Assembly (NCBI GenBank): GCA_965204535.1
Contig: OZ241996.1
Coordinates: 160,001-224,000, forward strand
Origin: a bacterium
Lineage (GTDB): Bacteria > UBA8248
DNA: 64,000 nucleotides
Reading direction: 5' to 3'
The notes under the pieces are model-generated. The model saw nothing but the letters and a program-made list of their open reading frames with translations. It was not told where the DNA came from and searched no databases. Shown one piece after another: positions 20,237-30,891 of the stretch. Every line of letters starts with the position of its first letter. The stretch's first letter is position 1. The position numbers and the translations under genes were made by a program.

Positions 20237-20633
20237 GGTCAGGTCTGATTCCGGAATGACGGTGGTTTTTCGCGGTCGATGAAGAGGAGGGTGGGTAGGG
20301 GCGCTTCGCGAAGCGCCCGCCTCCTCAGACAAGGGCCGTTCACGAACGGCCCCTCCGAGAACCGGGGCTGGGGCCGGGGTCATAAAACCGGGCGAACACA
20401 TCGGTCCCCGGACAGGCGCTGGGGCCTGTCCGGCTACGGCGCCAAACCCGAGCAGTGACGCCGCGCGTCCCCGGCCTAGGCGCCCATCTTCTTGTCGAGG
20501 AACGAATCCTTGAGGTATTTCACGGCGCGCTCGAGCTGAGTGTCTTTCTCTTCCGCATCGGGGCTTTTCGCCGGGCCTGCCTGAGGGCCGCTCGCGCCTT
20601 CTTCTTTTTTCTCCCCGTCCTTTTCCGCCTCGC
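20237..20633. repeat. 397-bp direct repeat, copy 2 (includes intact ctpA 3' end)
   Basis: Matches 15879-16275. Confidence 0.92.
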
Positions 20634-21792
20634 CGGGCAGGTGACCGGGCAAATCCTTCTCGCGCACCGCTCGCGTCGGGGCCGAGCCTCTTTCCACCTC
20701 GCTCACGATATCGGGTTCGATTCCCTCGCCCTGGATGCGCTTTCCCTTGGGCGTGAAATAGAGTGCTGTGGTCAGCCTGAGGCCCGAGCCGTCGGAGAGC
20801 GGAACGACGGTCTGCACCGAGCCCTTGCCGAACGTCTTGACCCCGATGAGCTTGGCCCTTTCGAGGTCCTGAAGCGCGCCCGCCACGATCTCCGACGCAC
20901 TGGCACTGCCCGCATTGACGAGCACCGCCATGGGAATCTCGCCGCCCGGCACCTCGTGCGTGGAAGTGAAGCGGTGCTCCTGGTCGGTCATGCGGCCCTT
21001 GGTGTAGACGATGAGGCTGCCCGCCTCGAGGAATATGTCGGACACCGAAACCGCCTGGGAGAGGAGTCCACCCGGATTGTTCCTCAAGTCGAGCACCAGG
21101 GCTCTCGCGCCCTCATCCTTGAGCGAGGCGAGGGCATCCTTGACTTCGCGGCCCGTGCCGTTCTGGAAGCTGCGAACCCGGATGTAGGCGATGTCCTCGG
21201 GCAGCATCCGGCTTCTCACGCTCTTGATGCGGATGATCCGGCGCGTGATGGTGAAGGGGAGCAATTTCTCCTCTCCTTCGCGCCTCACGGAGATCTCCAC
21301 CTTCGTGCCGGGCTTGCCCCGAAGCTTCTTGACGACCTCCTGGAGCGAGAGGTCCTTCGTGGGTTCTTTCTCGATGAGGATGATTTGATCGCCCGCCTGC
21401 ACGCCGGCCTTGTGCGCCGGGGTATCCTCGATGGGCGTCACCACGGTCAGCACGCCGTCGCGGATCGAGATCTCCACGCCCAGGCCCCCGAAGCGGCCCG
21501 TGGTCTCCACCTGCATCTCCTTGAAAAATTCGGGATTCAGATAGGTCGTATGGGGGTCGAGCGTGCGGAGCATTCCCCGGATGGCGCCGCGGATGAGTTT
21601 CTTCGCATCCACCTTGTTGACGTAGTTCTCCTCGACGAGGCTCAGGACCTCGCTGAAGGCTCTCAGTTCGGAATACGCGCCCGTCTCGCTCGCCGCCGGA
21701 TTCACGACGGGGCTCGCCGCCATCCCCGCGACGAGCAGCACCAGGGCGCCGGCCCAAATCATCCATCCCGACAAACGGTATTTCTTCGACAT
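20476..21792 (-). CDS. ctpA: Carboxyl-terminal processing protease, S41A with PDZ domain
   Basis: LDPHT, GGLG, DLRNNPGGLL, SASASEI, FGKGSVQ motifs. Confidence 0.92.
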   Translation of the reverse strand: MSKKYRLSGWMIWAGALVLLVAGMAASPVVNPAASETGAYSELRAFSEVLSLVEENYVNKVDAKKLIRGAIRGMLRTLDPHTTYLNPEFFKEMQVETTGRFGGLGVEISIRDGVLTVVTPIEDTPAHKAGVQAGDQIILIEKEPTKDLSLQEVVKKLRGKPGTKVEISVRREGEEKLLPFTITRRIIRIKSVRSRMLPEDIAYIRVRSFQNGTGREVKDALASLKDEGARALVLDLRNNPGGLLSQAVSVSDIFLEAGSLIVYTKGRMTDQEHRFTSTHEVPGGEIPMAVLVNAGSASASEIVAGALQDLERAKLIGVKTFGKGSVQTVVPLSDGSGLRLTTALYFTPKGKRIQGEGIEPDIVSEVERGSAPTRAVREKDLPGHLPGEAEKDGEKKEEGASGPQAGPAKSPDAEEKDTQLERAVKYLKDSFLDKKMGA

Positions 21793-21928
21793 CTCTCGCT
21801 CCTCTGACAATGCGGCCCAAAGAGATGATTTTACTCCACGGGGCGCGAGAACGCCACACGACAGCGTCGGTTCGGATGCGAGATAAAGAGTCGGCGCGGG
21901 CGCAGACATCTTCGATACGGGCGGCCAC

Positions 21929-23075
21929 GGGGTCAGACATATATGTCTGACCCCTACGGGAGCCTTGTCGTTCGGGAATCACTCCCCCCCTTGTCGGGGA
22001 TAAAGGACAGCCCCTCCTCGGGGCTGTCCTGCCCCCCCTGCCCCCCTTGAAGGGGCTGTTGAAAAAGCCCTGATGAACGCGGGTTTTGCGCGACCGAGGA
22101 GGGGCGGTTTTGTAGGTAGCGCTCCCTGCTTGGGAGCGCTACAGACATGCGGCCCTTGTAGTGGGCAAAAAAAAATCAGGGTCGCATATATGTCGGACAT
22201 ATATGTCCGACCTACATACAAACAAATTTTCCTCTCGGGGCTTTTTCAACAACCCCCTCAAGGGGGGAGTCAACGAGACAAGGGCGAAGCCCGCAGGCGA
22301 GTTGGTGGGGGGACATGCCACAGAGTAAACCTCCCCCCACCGATTCAGCCTTCGCAAAAAACGCTCGGCTTCATCGACTCCCCCTCAAGGGGGGAGTTGA
22401 TTGCATATCTCGCGCGTGAAGGGATGACCCCCAAGGTATTTCACTCCCCCCTTGTCGGGGTTGTTGAAAAAGCCCGATGAGTGAGTGTTCGACGTGAGGG
22501 GGGTGTAGGGACAGGTCGCGACCTGTCCCTACGGACGAATACGGCCGGGGAGGGTCTGGTCGTCCTTTCACCTCGATCCGCAATGTTCCCGTAGGGGTCA
22601 GACATATATGTCTGACCCCGTGGCCGCCCTGACCACGTGGGGCCGCCCGCATCGTATATGTTCATCCCCGTGGTTACGCTCCGCAGGGGCCACGGACAGG
22701 CACGGGGGCCTGTCCCTACGGTGAACAATTCGATGATCGGGATTCCTTCCCCACCGGAGGGTTTTTCAACAGACCCCTCAAGGGGGGAGTGAATATAAAA
22801 TTCTTCTCGGTGGAATAAGACCCCCCTGACAAGGGGCCGTTGAAAAAGCCTAACTCGGGAGCGGGCGGTATTGGGGGTTACGCGGTGGTACTCCCTCCTA
22901 CCGCGCAGACGGCCACAAAACCTCATCCTGAGTAGGCGCGCAAGCGCCGTATCGAAGGATGGGAGGCGTCTCCCGTCGCGCGAGAGGGCATCCTTCGATA
23001 CGCGGCTCCGCCACTACTCAGGATGAAGGAGGTGTGAGGACTTTTTCAACAGTCCCTGTGACAAAGGGGGGGTGG
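21929..23075. repeat. Cluster of REP-like palindromes and three IS1182-ended MITEs (22052-22256, 22457-22776, 22833-23056)
   Basis: Paired GGGG(C/T)(T/C)GTTGAAAAA ... TTTTTCAACA ends with no ORF; internal GTAG palindromes; inserted next to CCCCCTCAAGGGGG / CCCCTGACAAGGGG motifs. Confidence 0.75.
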
Positions 23076-23493
23076 TTTTCGAGCCGGGGCGCATTTGCCC
23101 GCATTTGCCGTCATCCCCAAAACCGCAGACTGCGCTATCGTGCGCGCGACGCGGGGAAGGGGTTTTCCCCGGCGGATTGAGGCGCAGGCGGAGGAGGCTT
23201 TCTCATGGGGTGGGGTGATGGAGCGGGGAAGCGTAACGGGAATGGGTTCAGGGACGGCATGAAAATAAAAATAATGATATTTCCCGTAAAATACGATTAA
23301 TAATTGTCATGAACCCGGTGTCGGCGCGATAGTATGATTGACTACGTATGTCTACGATAACTGATTGTTTATAATACCATATTTCTGTTATTTCGTACCC
23401 AGCTACCCCTTGCATTTTCGCCATACATATGCTTAGATAGCCTCCAGTTTGATGTCGCACGTATGCGTTTTGATTACAGATTCAGGAGGGAAG

Positions 23494-24669
23494 ATGCCGA
23501 AGCGAAGCGATCTGAAACTCACGAAGCGCACCGTCGACGCGCTCGAGGCCGACGGGAAGGACGCGATCTTCTGGGACCGGGAGCTGGCGGGCTTCGGGGT
23601 GCGCGTCCACGCCACGGGCAGGAAGACCTGGGTGGTGCAGTCCCGGGGACCCGGGGGGCCGAAGCGCGTGACGCTCGGCCGTCACGGGGAGCTGGCCGTC
23701 GACGAGGCCAGGAAACAGGCCGCCCTCATTATCGACCGCATCAAGCGCGGCGAGGATTTCAGCGCTGCGGCGCCCGAGGCGGAGACCACCGTGGCCGGAC
23801 TCGCCGAACGCTTCATGCGCACCCACGTGGAGAAACACCTGAAGCCCGCCAGCGTTGCCGCATACCGCACCACGCTCGACAAACACATCCTGCCTGCCCT
23901 GGGCGGTATGGGGCTGGACGAGATCGGCGGGGCGGAAGTCACGGCGCTCCATCACGGCCTTCGCGATACGCCGGTCCTGGCGAACCAGGCGGTCCACCTG
24001 CTCTCGCGCATGTTCGTACTTGCCGAAGCGTGGGAGCTGGTACCGCCCGGGCGGAACCCCTGCCTCGCCGTGCGCCGCTACAGGACGCGGGCGCGCGAGC
24101 GGTTCCTGGCGCCTGAGGAATACCGGAGGCTGGGCCTTGCGCTCAGGCAAACCGAGGCGGAGAGCGGGATATGGCCGCCCGCTATCGCGGCCATCCGGCT
24201 GCTCGCACTTACCGGGTGCCGCAGGGGCGAGATACTGAACTTGCGCTGGGACGACGTGGACCGCACGGCAGGGGACCTGAGACTCAGGGACGCCAAGGCG
24301 GGTCCCCGGATGGTGCCCCTGACGAAGCCCGTGCTCAGGGTGCTGGACGGGGTTCCCCATCAGCCGGAGGTTCCCTGGGTGATCGCGGGCCAAAGGCCGG
24401 GGAGGCGCCTCACGGGCCTGCAATACTACTGGCGGTCCGTCCGGGCGCGGGCGGGGCTTCATGATGTCCGCATCCATGACCTCAGACATTCGTACGCCAG
24501 CCGGGCGCTGGCGCTGGGCGAGAGCCTCTACACGATCGGGAAACTACTCGGGCACACGAGCGTGGCGACGAGCGCGCGCTACGCGCACCTGATGCGCGAG
24601 GCCGAGAGGGAGGCGGCGGTGCGGGTGGGCGGGAGCATCGGCGCGCACGTCACGAGCCGAGGGAGGTAG
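23494..24669 (+). CDS. Tyrosine integrase with N-terminal arm-binding domain
   Basis: WDRELAGFGVRV arm domain; TGCRRGE, HDLRHS, LGH, RY catalytic residues. Confidence 0.92.
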   Translation: MPKRSDLKLTKRTVDALEADGKDAIFWDRELAGFGVRVHATGRKTWVVQSRGPGGPKRVTLGRHGELAVDEARKQAALIIDRIKRGEDFSAAAPEAETTVAGLAERFMRTHVEKHLKPASVAAYRTTLDKHILPALGGMGLDEIGGAEVTALHHGLRDTPVLANQAVHLLSRMFVLAEAWELVPPGRNPCLAVRRYRTRARERFLAPEEYRRLGLALRQTEAESGIWPPAIAAIRLLALTGCRRGEILNLRWDDVDRTAGDLRLRDAKAGPRMVPLTKPVLRVLDGVPHQPEVPWVIAGQRPGRRLTGLQYYWRSVRARAGLHDVRIHDLRHSYASRALALGESLYTIGKLLGHTSVATSARYAHLMREAEREAAVRVGGSIGAHVTSRGR

Positions 24670-24670
24670 A

Positions 24671-25846
24671 GTGAAGATGACGCAGCCCAAAATCAAAACG
24701 CTGTCGAACCGCGCGGTCGGGAAGCTCGCGGTGGAGAAGGACACCGTCTTCTGGGACCGGGAGCTCACGGGTTTCGGCGTGAGGGTCTATCCCACCGGGA
24801 GCAAGGTCTACGTCGCCCAGGCGCGGGGGCCGGAAGGGCCCAAACGCGTGGCCGTGGGCCGCCACGGGGTGATAAACGCCGATGAGGCCAGGAAGCGCGC
24901 CGCCCACATCATCGCGAGGGTCAAGGCGGGCGAGGAGGCGGTGCCCGAACCGATGAAGCCAGCGGGAGGCCCCACGGTGGCCGAACTTTGCGCGCGCTAC
25001 CTCTCCGAATACGTCTCGGTGCGATGCAAGCCGGGCACCGCCGCGCTCTATCGCTCGGTGATCGACCGCCACGTCCTGCCCGCCCTGGGCAAGCTGCCGA
25101 TCGCTGCGCTCTCGCGCGCGCAGGTGGCGGAATTCCACGAGAGCCTCTACGAGACGCCCGCGGTGGCGAACACGGCGCTCCGCATCCTCTCCTCGATGTA
25201 CCGCCTGGCCGCGGGCTGGGGAATGGTCCCCGAGGGATTATCAAACCCCTGCAAGGCCCTGGTGAAATACCCCGAGCGCAGGCGCGAGCGGTTCCTGACG
25301 GATTCGGAGTTCACCCGCCTGGGAGAAGCGCTCGAGGAGGCGGAGGCCCGGAGCGGCGCCTCCGCTTCCACTGTGGCGGCGATCCGCCTTCTCGCGCTTA
25401 CCGGGTGCCGCAGGAGCGAGGTGCTCGGGCTGCGCCGCGAGGACGTGGCGCTCGAAGCGGCCGAGCTCAGGCTGCCCGATTCCAAGACGGGCGCGCGGGC
25501 GGTCCCGCTCCCGCCCCAGGCGGTCGAACTCCTCTCGGGTCTCCTCGGCGCCCACGACGGCCCCTGGGTCATACCGGGCAGGAAGCCGGGGACGCCCTTG
25601 AGGAACATCGACGAGGCCTGGCGAACGATAAGGGAGCGCGCGGGTCTCGAAGGCGTGCGCCTCCATGACCTGCGCCACTCCTGGGCCTCGCGGGCGCTTG
25701 CGCTCGGCGAGGCGCTGCCCGTGATCGGGAAGCTCCTGGGCCACAGCAAGATGGAGACGACGGCGCGCTACGCGCACCTCGCGCGCGACTCGGCGCAGGA
25801 GGCGGCCGAGCGGGTCGCCGAGAGCATCGCCGAAGACATGCTGTAG
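24671..25846 (+). CDS. Second tandem tyrosine integrase (paralog)
   Basis: WDRELTGFGVRV; TGCRRSE, HDLRHS, LGH, RYAH. Confidence 0.92.
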   Translation: MKMTQPKIKTLSNRAVGKLAVEKDTVFWDRELTGFGVRVYPTGSKVYVAQARGPEGPKRVAVGRHGVINADEARKRAAHIIARVKAGEEAVPEPMKPAGGPTVAELCARYLSEYVSVRCKPGTAALYRSVIDRHVLPALGKLPIAALSRAQVAEFHESLYETPAVANTALRILSSMYRLAAGWGMVPEGLSNPCKALVKYPERRRERFLTDSEFTRLGEALEEAEARSGASASTVAAIRLLALTGCRRSEVLGLRREDVALEAAELRLPDSKTGARAVPLPPQAVELLSGLLGAHDGPWVIPGRKPGTPLRNIDEAWRTIRERAGLEGVRLHDLRHSWASRALALGEALPVIGKLLGHSKMETTARYAHLARDSAQEAAERVAESIAEDML

Positions 25847-26073
25847 GGTCACAGCAGGCGCGCGCCGGCCAGGTGTTTGCCCGCGCCCGGAGCCGGTGAT
25901 AAATTCGGGAGTGCCTGAAACTATTTCGTTTCCATAATATTTGACAAATATTTCAAAATAAATATTATTCTCATCCTGCAAAACCTTTCTGGAAAAAATC
26001 AAGCAACAGACTACCCAGGCCACAACCGCCTATGTGTCCAAAAATCTTTTTGGGGTTTAAATAAGGAATTGCA

Positions 26074-26523
26074 ATGAAAAAAGTAATGAGCTTGATCCTT
26101 TCTGCATTCCTGACATTCGGTTGTGTTCCTTCCCCCGATGGTATTTCGGCTGCTTATGTATCTCCCTTGCAATACCGGTCCTTGAAATGTTCTCAACTAC
26201 TTGAAGAATATAGAAGAGTAAACTACAGGGCCATTGAGGTAACAAAATTCCAAAGGGCCGAATCGGAACAAAGTACTGGTGCAATGGCAGTCGGCTTGAT
26301 TCTGTTTTGGCCGGCGCTTTTCTTTGTTAGTGGAACGGACAGGTCTCCGGAATTGGCGAGGTTACGGGGAGAGGTTGAAGCAATAGAAAAAACCGCTATC
26401 AGGAAAGAGTGTTACGAACTTACCGAAACGATTAGAGAAGAACGTTCACGCGCAAAAGTGGAAGCGGAACAAGCCGCAAAGAAACAAAAACAACAGGAAG
26501 AAAAAGAGAAGGAATTGCCATAG
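26074..26523 (+). CDS. Hypothetical lipoprotein (AT-rich)
   Basis: Lipobox TFGC; YVSPLQY..C motif; one TM segment. Confidence 0.65.
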   Translation: MKKVMSLILSAFLTFGCVPSPDGISAAYVSPLQYRSLKCSQLLEEYRRVNYRAIEVTKFQRAESEQSTGAMAVGLILFWPALFFVSGTDRSPELARLRGEVEAIEKTAIRKECYELTETIREERSRAKVEAEQAAKKQKQQEEKEKELP

Positions 26524-26673
26524 TAAAATCGATTGATTTAATTATATAGAAAAACCTTGAAATAAAGTTTCGGCACTATTGTATATAATTCCCATAAATT
26601 TCATTCCATTCAACAGGTTATCCGAATCATTCATCTCAGGTTTTTCACCCGGACGGGGTGCGGGAGGAGTCCT

Positions 26674-26967
26674 TTGCGGAAGATCGACATCATCAGCCTC
26701 GTGTCCGGCGACACGGGCCTCGGCAGGGTCAAGGCCGAAGAAGCCGTCGATGCCATCATCGACGCCGTCAGGGAATCCCTCGCGAGGGGCGAGTCCGTCA
26801 CGTTGAGGCGCTTCGGCTCCTTCAGTGTGAGGGAGAAGAACGCCCGGATGGGGCGCAACCCGAAGACGGGCCTGGAAGCGCCCATCAGCGCCCGCAGGGT
26901 CGTGAGGTTCAAGGCGGGACAAAACTTCAAGGATGCGGTGAACGGGGCCGGGGTGAATTTCCATTGA
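26674..26967 (+). CDS. HU/IHF-family DNA-binding protein
   Basis: GESVTLRRFGSF...GRNPKTG...VRFKAG; GGAGGAG RBS before TTG start. Confidence 0.9.
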   Translation: MRKIDIISLVSGDTGLGRVKAEEAVDAIIDAVRESLARGESVTLRRFGSFSVREKNARMGRNPKTGLEAPISARRVVRFKAGQNFKDAVNGAGVNFH

Positions 26968-27200
26968 TTGGCCGGTTCCGGGGTCGGGAAGGACCGGGCC
27001 GGCAACGTCCGCATCGGCGCAGGGCCCCGCGCCGCAAGACGGCGGGAAAAGCCAGGACACGGCCTTCGTGACGACCGGTGGATTCGCGGGCGGAACCCGG
27101 AGAGGACCGCTCCGCCTCGGCCCGAGCAGCGTCGAAGCCGCGTATCGAAGGGGCCTGTCCCGGGCCCGCCGGAGGGCGAAACCCGCGCCCCCATCCTTCG

Positions 27201-27833
27201 TTACGGCGCTGACGGGTTTGTTGAAGAACGCTTTTCCGAATCCCGGGCAGGCGAAGGCAACAGGGCCTCGGCCTGCCCCAAGACGGATTCCGGAAAGCTC
27301 TCATCGGGAGAAACGCACGCCAGCACCCTGAGGCCGAGAAGCAGACCGAGCAGAGACTTCGCCGTCCGCTCCGGATCGACTTCGGGGGAAATCTCCCCGC
27401 AAGCCTGGCCCCGCTCGATGGAAGCGCAAAAGAACTCCGCCATGCCGGCGAAGGCGTCGGCAACCAGAGAAGCCACCTCCTCATCGTGCGCCCCGAGTTC
27501 CAGGGCGGCCTTGACTTCGAGACAGCCCTCTCGCGAACCACCTCCCGGCGCGGCGGAGGCGGCAGCCCCGAAAACGGCCAGCACCGCTCCGCGCGGCGAG
27601 TCGCCCTTTTCGAGTTCCGCGATCGGCTCCGCGCGATGAATGCGGCCATAATGGCGGAGCGCCCGGAAGAACATCCCACGCTTGTCGCCGAACGCGTGGT
27701 ACAAACTGCCTCGAAAGAGACCCGTCGCCTCCTCGAGATCCCGAATCGTCGTCGCCGAATAGCCGTGACGCCGGAACTGGCTCATGATTTTCGTCAGAAC
27801 CTCGTCCATCCCGTACTTCGGCATTTTCCCCAC
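27201..27833 (-). CDS. TetR/AcrR-family regulator
   Basis: GYSATTIRDLEEATGL..GSLYHAFGDK HTH; GCL C-terminal motif. Confidence 0.88.
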   Translation of the reverse strand: MGKMPKYGMDEVLTKIMSQFRRHGYSATTIRDLEEATGLFRGSLYHAFGDKRGMFFRALRHYGRIHRAEPIAELEKGDSPRGAVLAVFGAAASAAPGGGSREGCLEVKAALELGAHDEEVASLVADAFAGMAEFFCASIERGQACGEISPEVDPERTAKSLLGLLLGLRVLACVSPDESFPESVLGQAEALLPSPARDSEKRSSTNPSAP

Positions 27834-28047
27834 GGGTCCTCTCCTCGTCCGCCCGGTGAAGCATGGAATTCATCATGGCGGTCAGGCGGTTCCAGTCATC
27901 ACCACGCGTCGAAACTTATCACACGGAAAATCCGCTTTCACGAAGAATTGCACCCCATCGGAGCTGTTGCCCCCCTTGGGCCCCGTTTTCAGTGGGACTG
28001 CTTTTCCAGTCGGGAAGGGCGCCGGGCGCCACTCCCGGGGAATCGGC

Positions 28048-30891
28048 CTATAGCTCCAACCCCCGATCCGATCGTGTCTTCTCCATCGCCGGTGTCTGCC
28101 TCTCCATTGCCTGGGTCGCCTCGTTCGACTTCTCCACACCTATGCTCTCCGCCTTGCCCGCTCCTATCGCCTCCAGAGCCGCGATGCGCTCCCCCGTCGC
28201 GGCTTCGAGGCGCTCGCACAGGGCCTTCGCGTCGTCGGTCACGAGTTCCGCCCGGTCCCGGGCGCGGCTGATCTCGACGTATAGCGTCTTCTGGTTGGTG
28301 AGCTCGGGGTGATTGGCCTCCATGGCGGCGATGACGGTGTCGACCGTCCGGCCCTGGAAGGCGTGGACGGTCGAGGCCCATGCGCGGTCGACGTGGCGAA
28401 GCTGGGGAACGCCGGCGGTCATGCCGATCGTGCGCCCGTCCTCGACCCGGAAGGTGACGCGGCCGTTCCTGACGCTCGTCACCTCGGCGGCCTGGCTGTT
28501 GACCAGGCCGAGGTCCTTGTCGTTGCGTGTCCAGCGGACCTTGTCGCCGATGCGCAGTTCCATCCGCTCGACCTTGTAGACCTCGACGCCGCCGCTTCGC
28601 GCCGCGATGCGGCGGGGCTCCCAGCGGATTTCCCGCCCGTGCCCCCCTTGCAGGATGACCGCGCGGGCTTCGTGGTCGACGCCTTTCACGCGCAGCTCGT
28701 CTCCCTTCTCGACGCCGAGGCGCTTGTAGCGGCGGTGGAAGGCGACGACGTCGCCGGGTGAATAGTTCGCGGCGAGCGATTTCTCGGGGTTCGTGTAGCC
28801 GCGCGAGACGAGGCGATTCGTGAGGAAGACCGGGCCGCAGACGGCGCCCTCCCGGACCAGGCGATCGCGGACGATGGCGTTGATCTTCTCGCGGATCTTG
28901 TGGCTCGGCGCCATGAGCCCCGCGTTTGCGCGTTCTTCAGGGGAAAGCGCCAGCCAGCGCGCGGCGGCGGCGCCCGCGAGGTTGTCGGGTTTCACTTCGG
29001 CTACGTTGGATCCCAGCTTGTCGAAGGCGCGCTTCACGTCGCCCGCGAGCGTGGCCTCGACGGCGGCTTTGAGGTCCTGGTCGCGCTGGCGCATGATCTC
29101 GTCCATGGTCGCCGTCTTCATGCCCGCGGCCTGCAGCTGCGCGAAGGGCTTGCCGGCGTCGACGGCGTCGAGTTGCTTCGCGTCGCCCACGAGCACGACC
29201 CGGGGCAGGCGCAGGACCTCCGAGATGCGGAAGAGTTCGCGCATCTCGCGCGTGGAGGCGAGGGAGCCCTCGTCCACGACGAGGGCGGTCCTGCGCCAGG
29301 CGGAGCGCATCTTTTGCTCGGTCGTTCTCGTGAGGCGGCCTTCGGCGACCCCTGCGTTACGAGCGAGGAAGCGCTGGAGCGTCTCGCTCTCGATGCCGGC
29401 CTCCGCTTCGAGCGTCCGCGCGGCCGAGGCCGAGGGCGCCAGGCCCCGGACCTCGTAGCCGCGCTTCTCGAATAGCGCGCGGGCGCGCTTCAACATCTTC
29501 GTCTTGCCGGTGCCGGCATAGCCCTGCACGCCCACCACGCGGTCCTTCTCCGCGAGGATGAGCTTGACGGCCTCGCGCTGGCCATGCGTCAGCGGTCCCT
29601 TGCGCAGGTGCGCGCTCACCATCCAGCCCCGCATGGCGGGCGCGCCCCGCCCGCGTCCTGCCTCCACCAGGGCGATGGTCTCGCGCTCCGCCGCCGCGGC
29701 CTTCTCCGTCGTGAGCATGTCCTTCGCTCCGGGCAGATCCGCCGCGTGCAGGGCGCCGGTTTTTTCGAGTCTCGCCACCTCGCGCTCCGCTCCCGCCATC
29801 GACACCGCGCCGGGCCGCCAGGCGAGTGCGCCCGCGAGCAGGGCCGCGCGGTCGAAGACGGCCTCCCGCTCCGAGAGGTGCGCCACGGACCATTCCACGG
29901 CCTCGCGGGCGGGTTCCGTTTCTTTGGCTGGAGCGCTCCGGCCGGCGTCGCGGGACAAGCCGCTCCTCGCCATCGCCCGGTCCTTGAGGGCTACGGCGTC
30001 GAAGCCGAGATCAGCGGCCTGTTTTTGCCAGGCGGCCATGAGCGTCCCCTTGTCGGCCTCCCGCTTGGGGTCCCGCGTCATGAGCGTGACCCGCTGGGCG
30101 GCGCGCTGGTTCTCCGCCGTCGCGCCGAGTCCGCGCTCTGCCATGGCCCTCTCGATCTCGGCCCGCCGGGTCGAGAACGCCTCGATCACCTCGCGCGATA
30201 CGCCCTCGACCTCGAAGCGCCCGTCCGCGTGGGTCTTCTCCACCCGGTAGCCGAACCCTTCGAGACCCCGGGCGAGTTCGGTCCGGTAGAGGGCGCCGAT
30301 CAGCATCTTGTTCGCATAGAGCTTCTCATTCGACATGGTCCTCCACTTGCCGTCCGTCCCCCGGACCATGTTGGCGATTACCGCGTGCGTGTGGAGCAGG
30401 GGGTCGAGGTTGCGCGAGGTGTCGTGCCGGAAGGTCGCGACCACGCTCTTCTGATCGCCTGCCCGCACCATTCGCCCGGTCCCGGGCTCGCTCATCCTGG
30501 TCTCGGCGACGTTCCGCTCGACCCATTCCAGGGTGCGCGCCACGGCCACCTGGTGGGCCCACATCGCGCGCCCGTCGCCGCCGAGGTAGGCCAGCAACGA
30601 GACGGACTTGGGCGCCGAGAGGGTCAAGTCGCGGCCGGGACGGTGATGGATCACGCCGTCCTTGCCTCTTTTCCCGAGCCTGCGCCCCGAACCGTCCGGC
30701 ACCACGCCTTCGAGCACCGCGCGGAGGGTGTCGGGGTCGACCGGGCCCGACAATCCCAAATCCTCGGCGCCCCTGCCGCGCCAGGCGCTCGCCTCCCGGT
30801 GGTTCGGATCGTCTTTCACATAGTAGTCGTCGCGCTCGAAGTAGGACACGCACTGCGCGGGGGAGACTACGGCGCCTATCGACGCGACCAT
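28048..30891 (-). CDS. MOBF (TrwC-like) conjugative relaxase-helicase
   Basis: YF..DDYY, DLTLSAPKSVS, HDTSRNLDPLLHTH, GYAGTGKT, DEGS, STVHAFQG; RBS before MVASI. Confidence 0.93.
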   Translation of the reverse strand: MVASIGAVVSPAQCVSYFERDDYYVKDDPNHREASAWRGRGAEDLGLSGPVDPDTLRAVLEGVVPDGSGRRLGKRGKDGVIHHRPGRDLTLSAPKSVSLLAYLGGDGRAMWAHQVAVARTLEWVERNVAETRMSEPGTGRMVRAGDQKSVVATFRHDTSRNLDPLLHTHAVIANMVRGTDGKWRTMSNEKLYANKMLIGALYRTELARGLEGFGYRVEKTHADGRFEVEGVSREVIEAFSTRRAEIERAMAERGLGATAENQRAAQRVTLMTRDPKREADKGTLMAAWQKQAADLGFDAVALKDRAMARSGLSRDAGRSAPAKETEPAREAVEWSVAHLSEREAVFDRAALLAGALAWRPGAVSMAGAEREVARLEKTGALHAADLPGAKDMLTTEKAAAAERETIALVEAGRGRGAPAMRGWMVSAHLRKGPLTHGQREAVKLILAEKDRVVGVQGYAGTGKTKMLKRARALFEKRGYEVRGLAPSASAARTLEAEAGIESETLQRFLARNAGVAEGRLTRTTEQKMRSAWRRTALVVDEGSLASTREMRELFRISEVLRLPRVVLVGDAKQLDAVDAGKPFAQLQAAGMKTATMDEIMRQRDQDLKAAVEATLAGDVKRAFDKLGSNVAEVKPDNLAGAAAARWLALSPEERANAGLMAPSHKIREKINAIVRDRLVREGAVCGPVFLTNRLVSRGYTNPEKSLAANYSPGDVVAFHRRYKRLGVEKGDELRVKGVDHEARAVILQGGHGREIRWEPRRIAARSGGVEVYKVERMELRIGDKVRWTRNDKDLGLVNSQAAEVTSVRNGRVTFRVEDGRTIGMTAGVPQLRHVDRAWASTVHAFQGRTVDTVIAAMEANHPELTNQKTLYVEISRARDRAELVTDDAKALCERLEAATGERIAALEAIGAGKAESIGVEKSNEATQAMERQTPAMEKTRSDRGLEL

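Noticed and set aside
23075-23490. tRNA or tmRNA integration site
   Set aside because: No cloverleaf or TTCGA-CCA signature seen at either end of the element.
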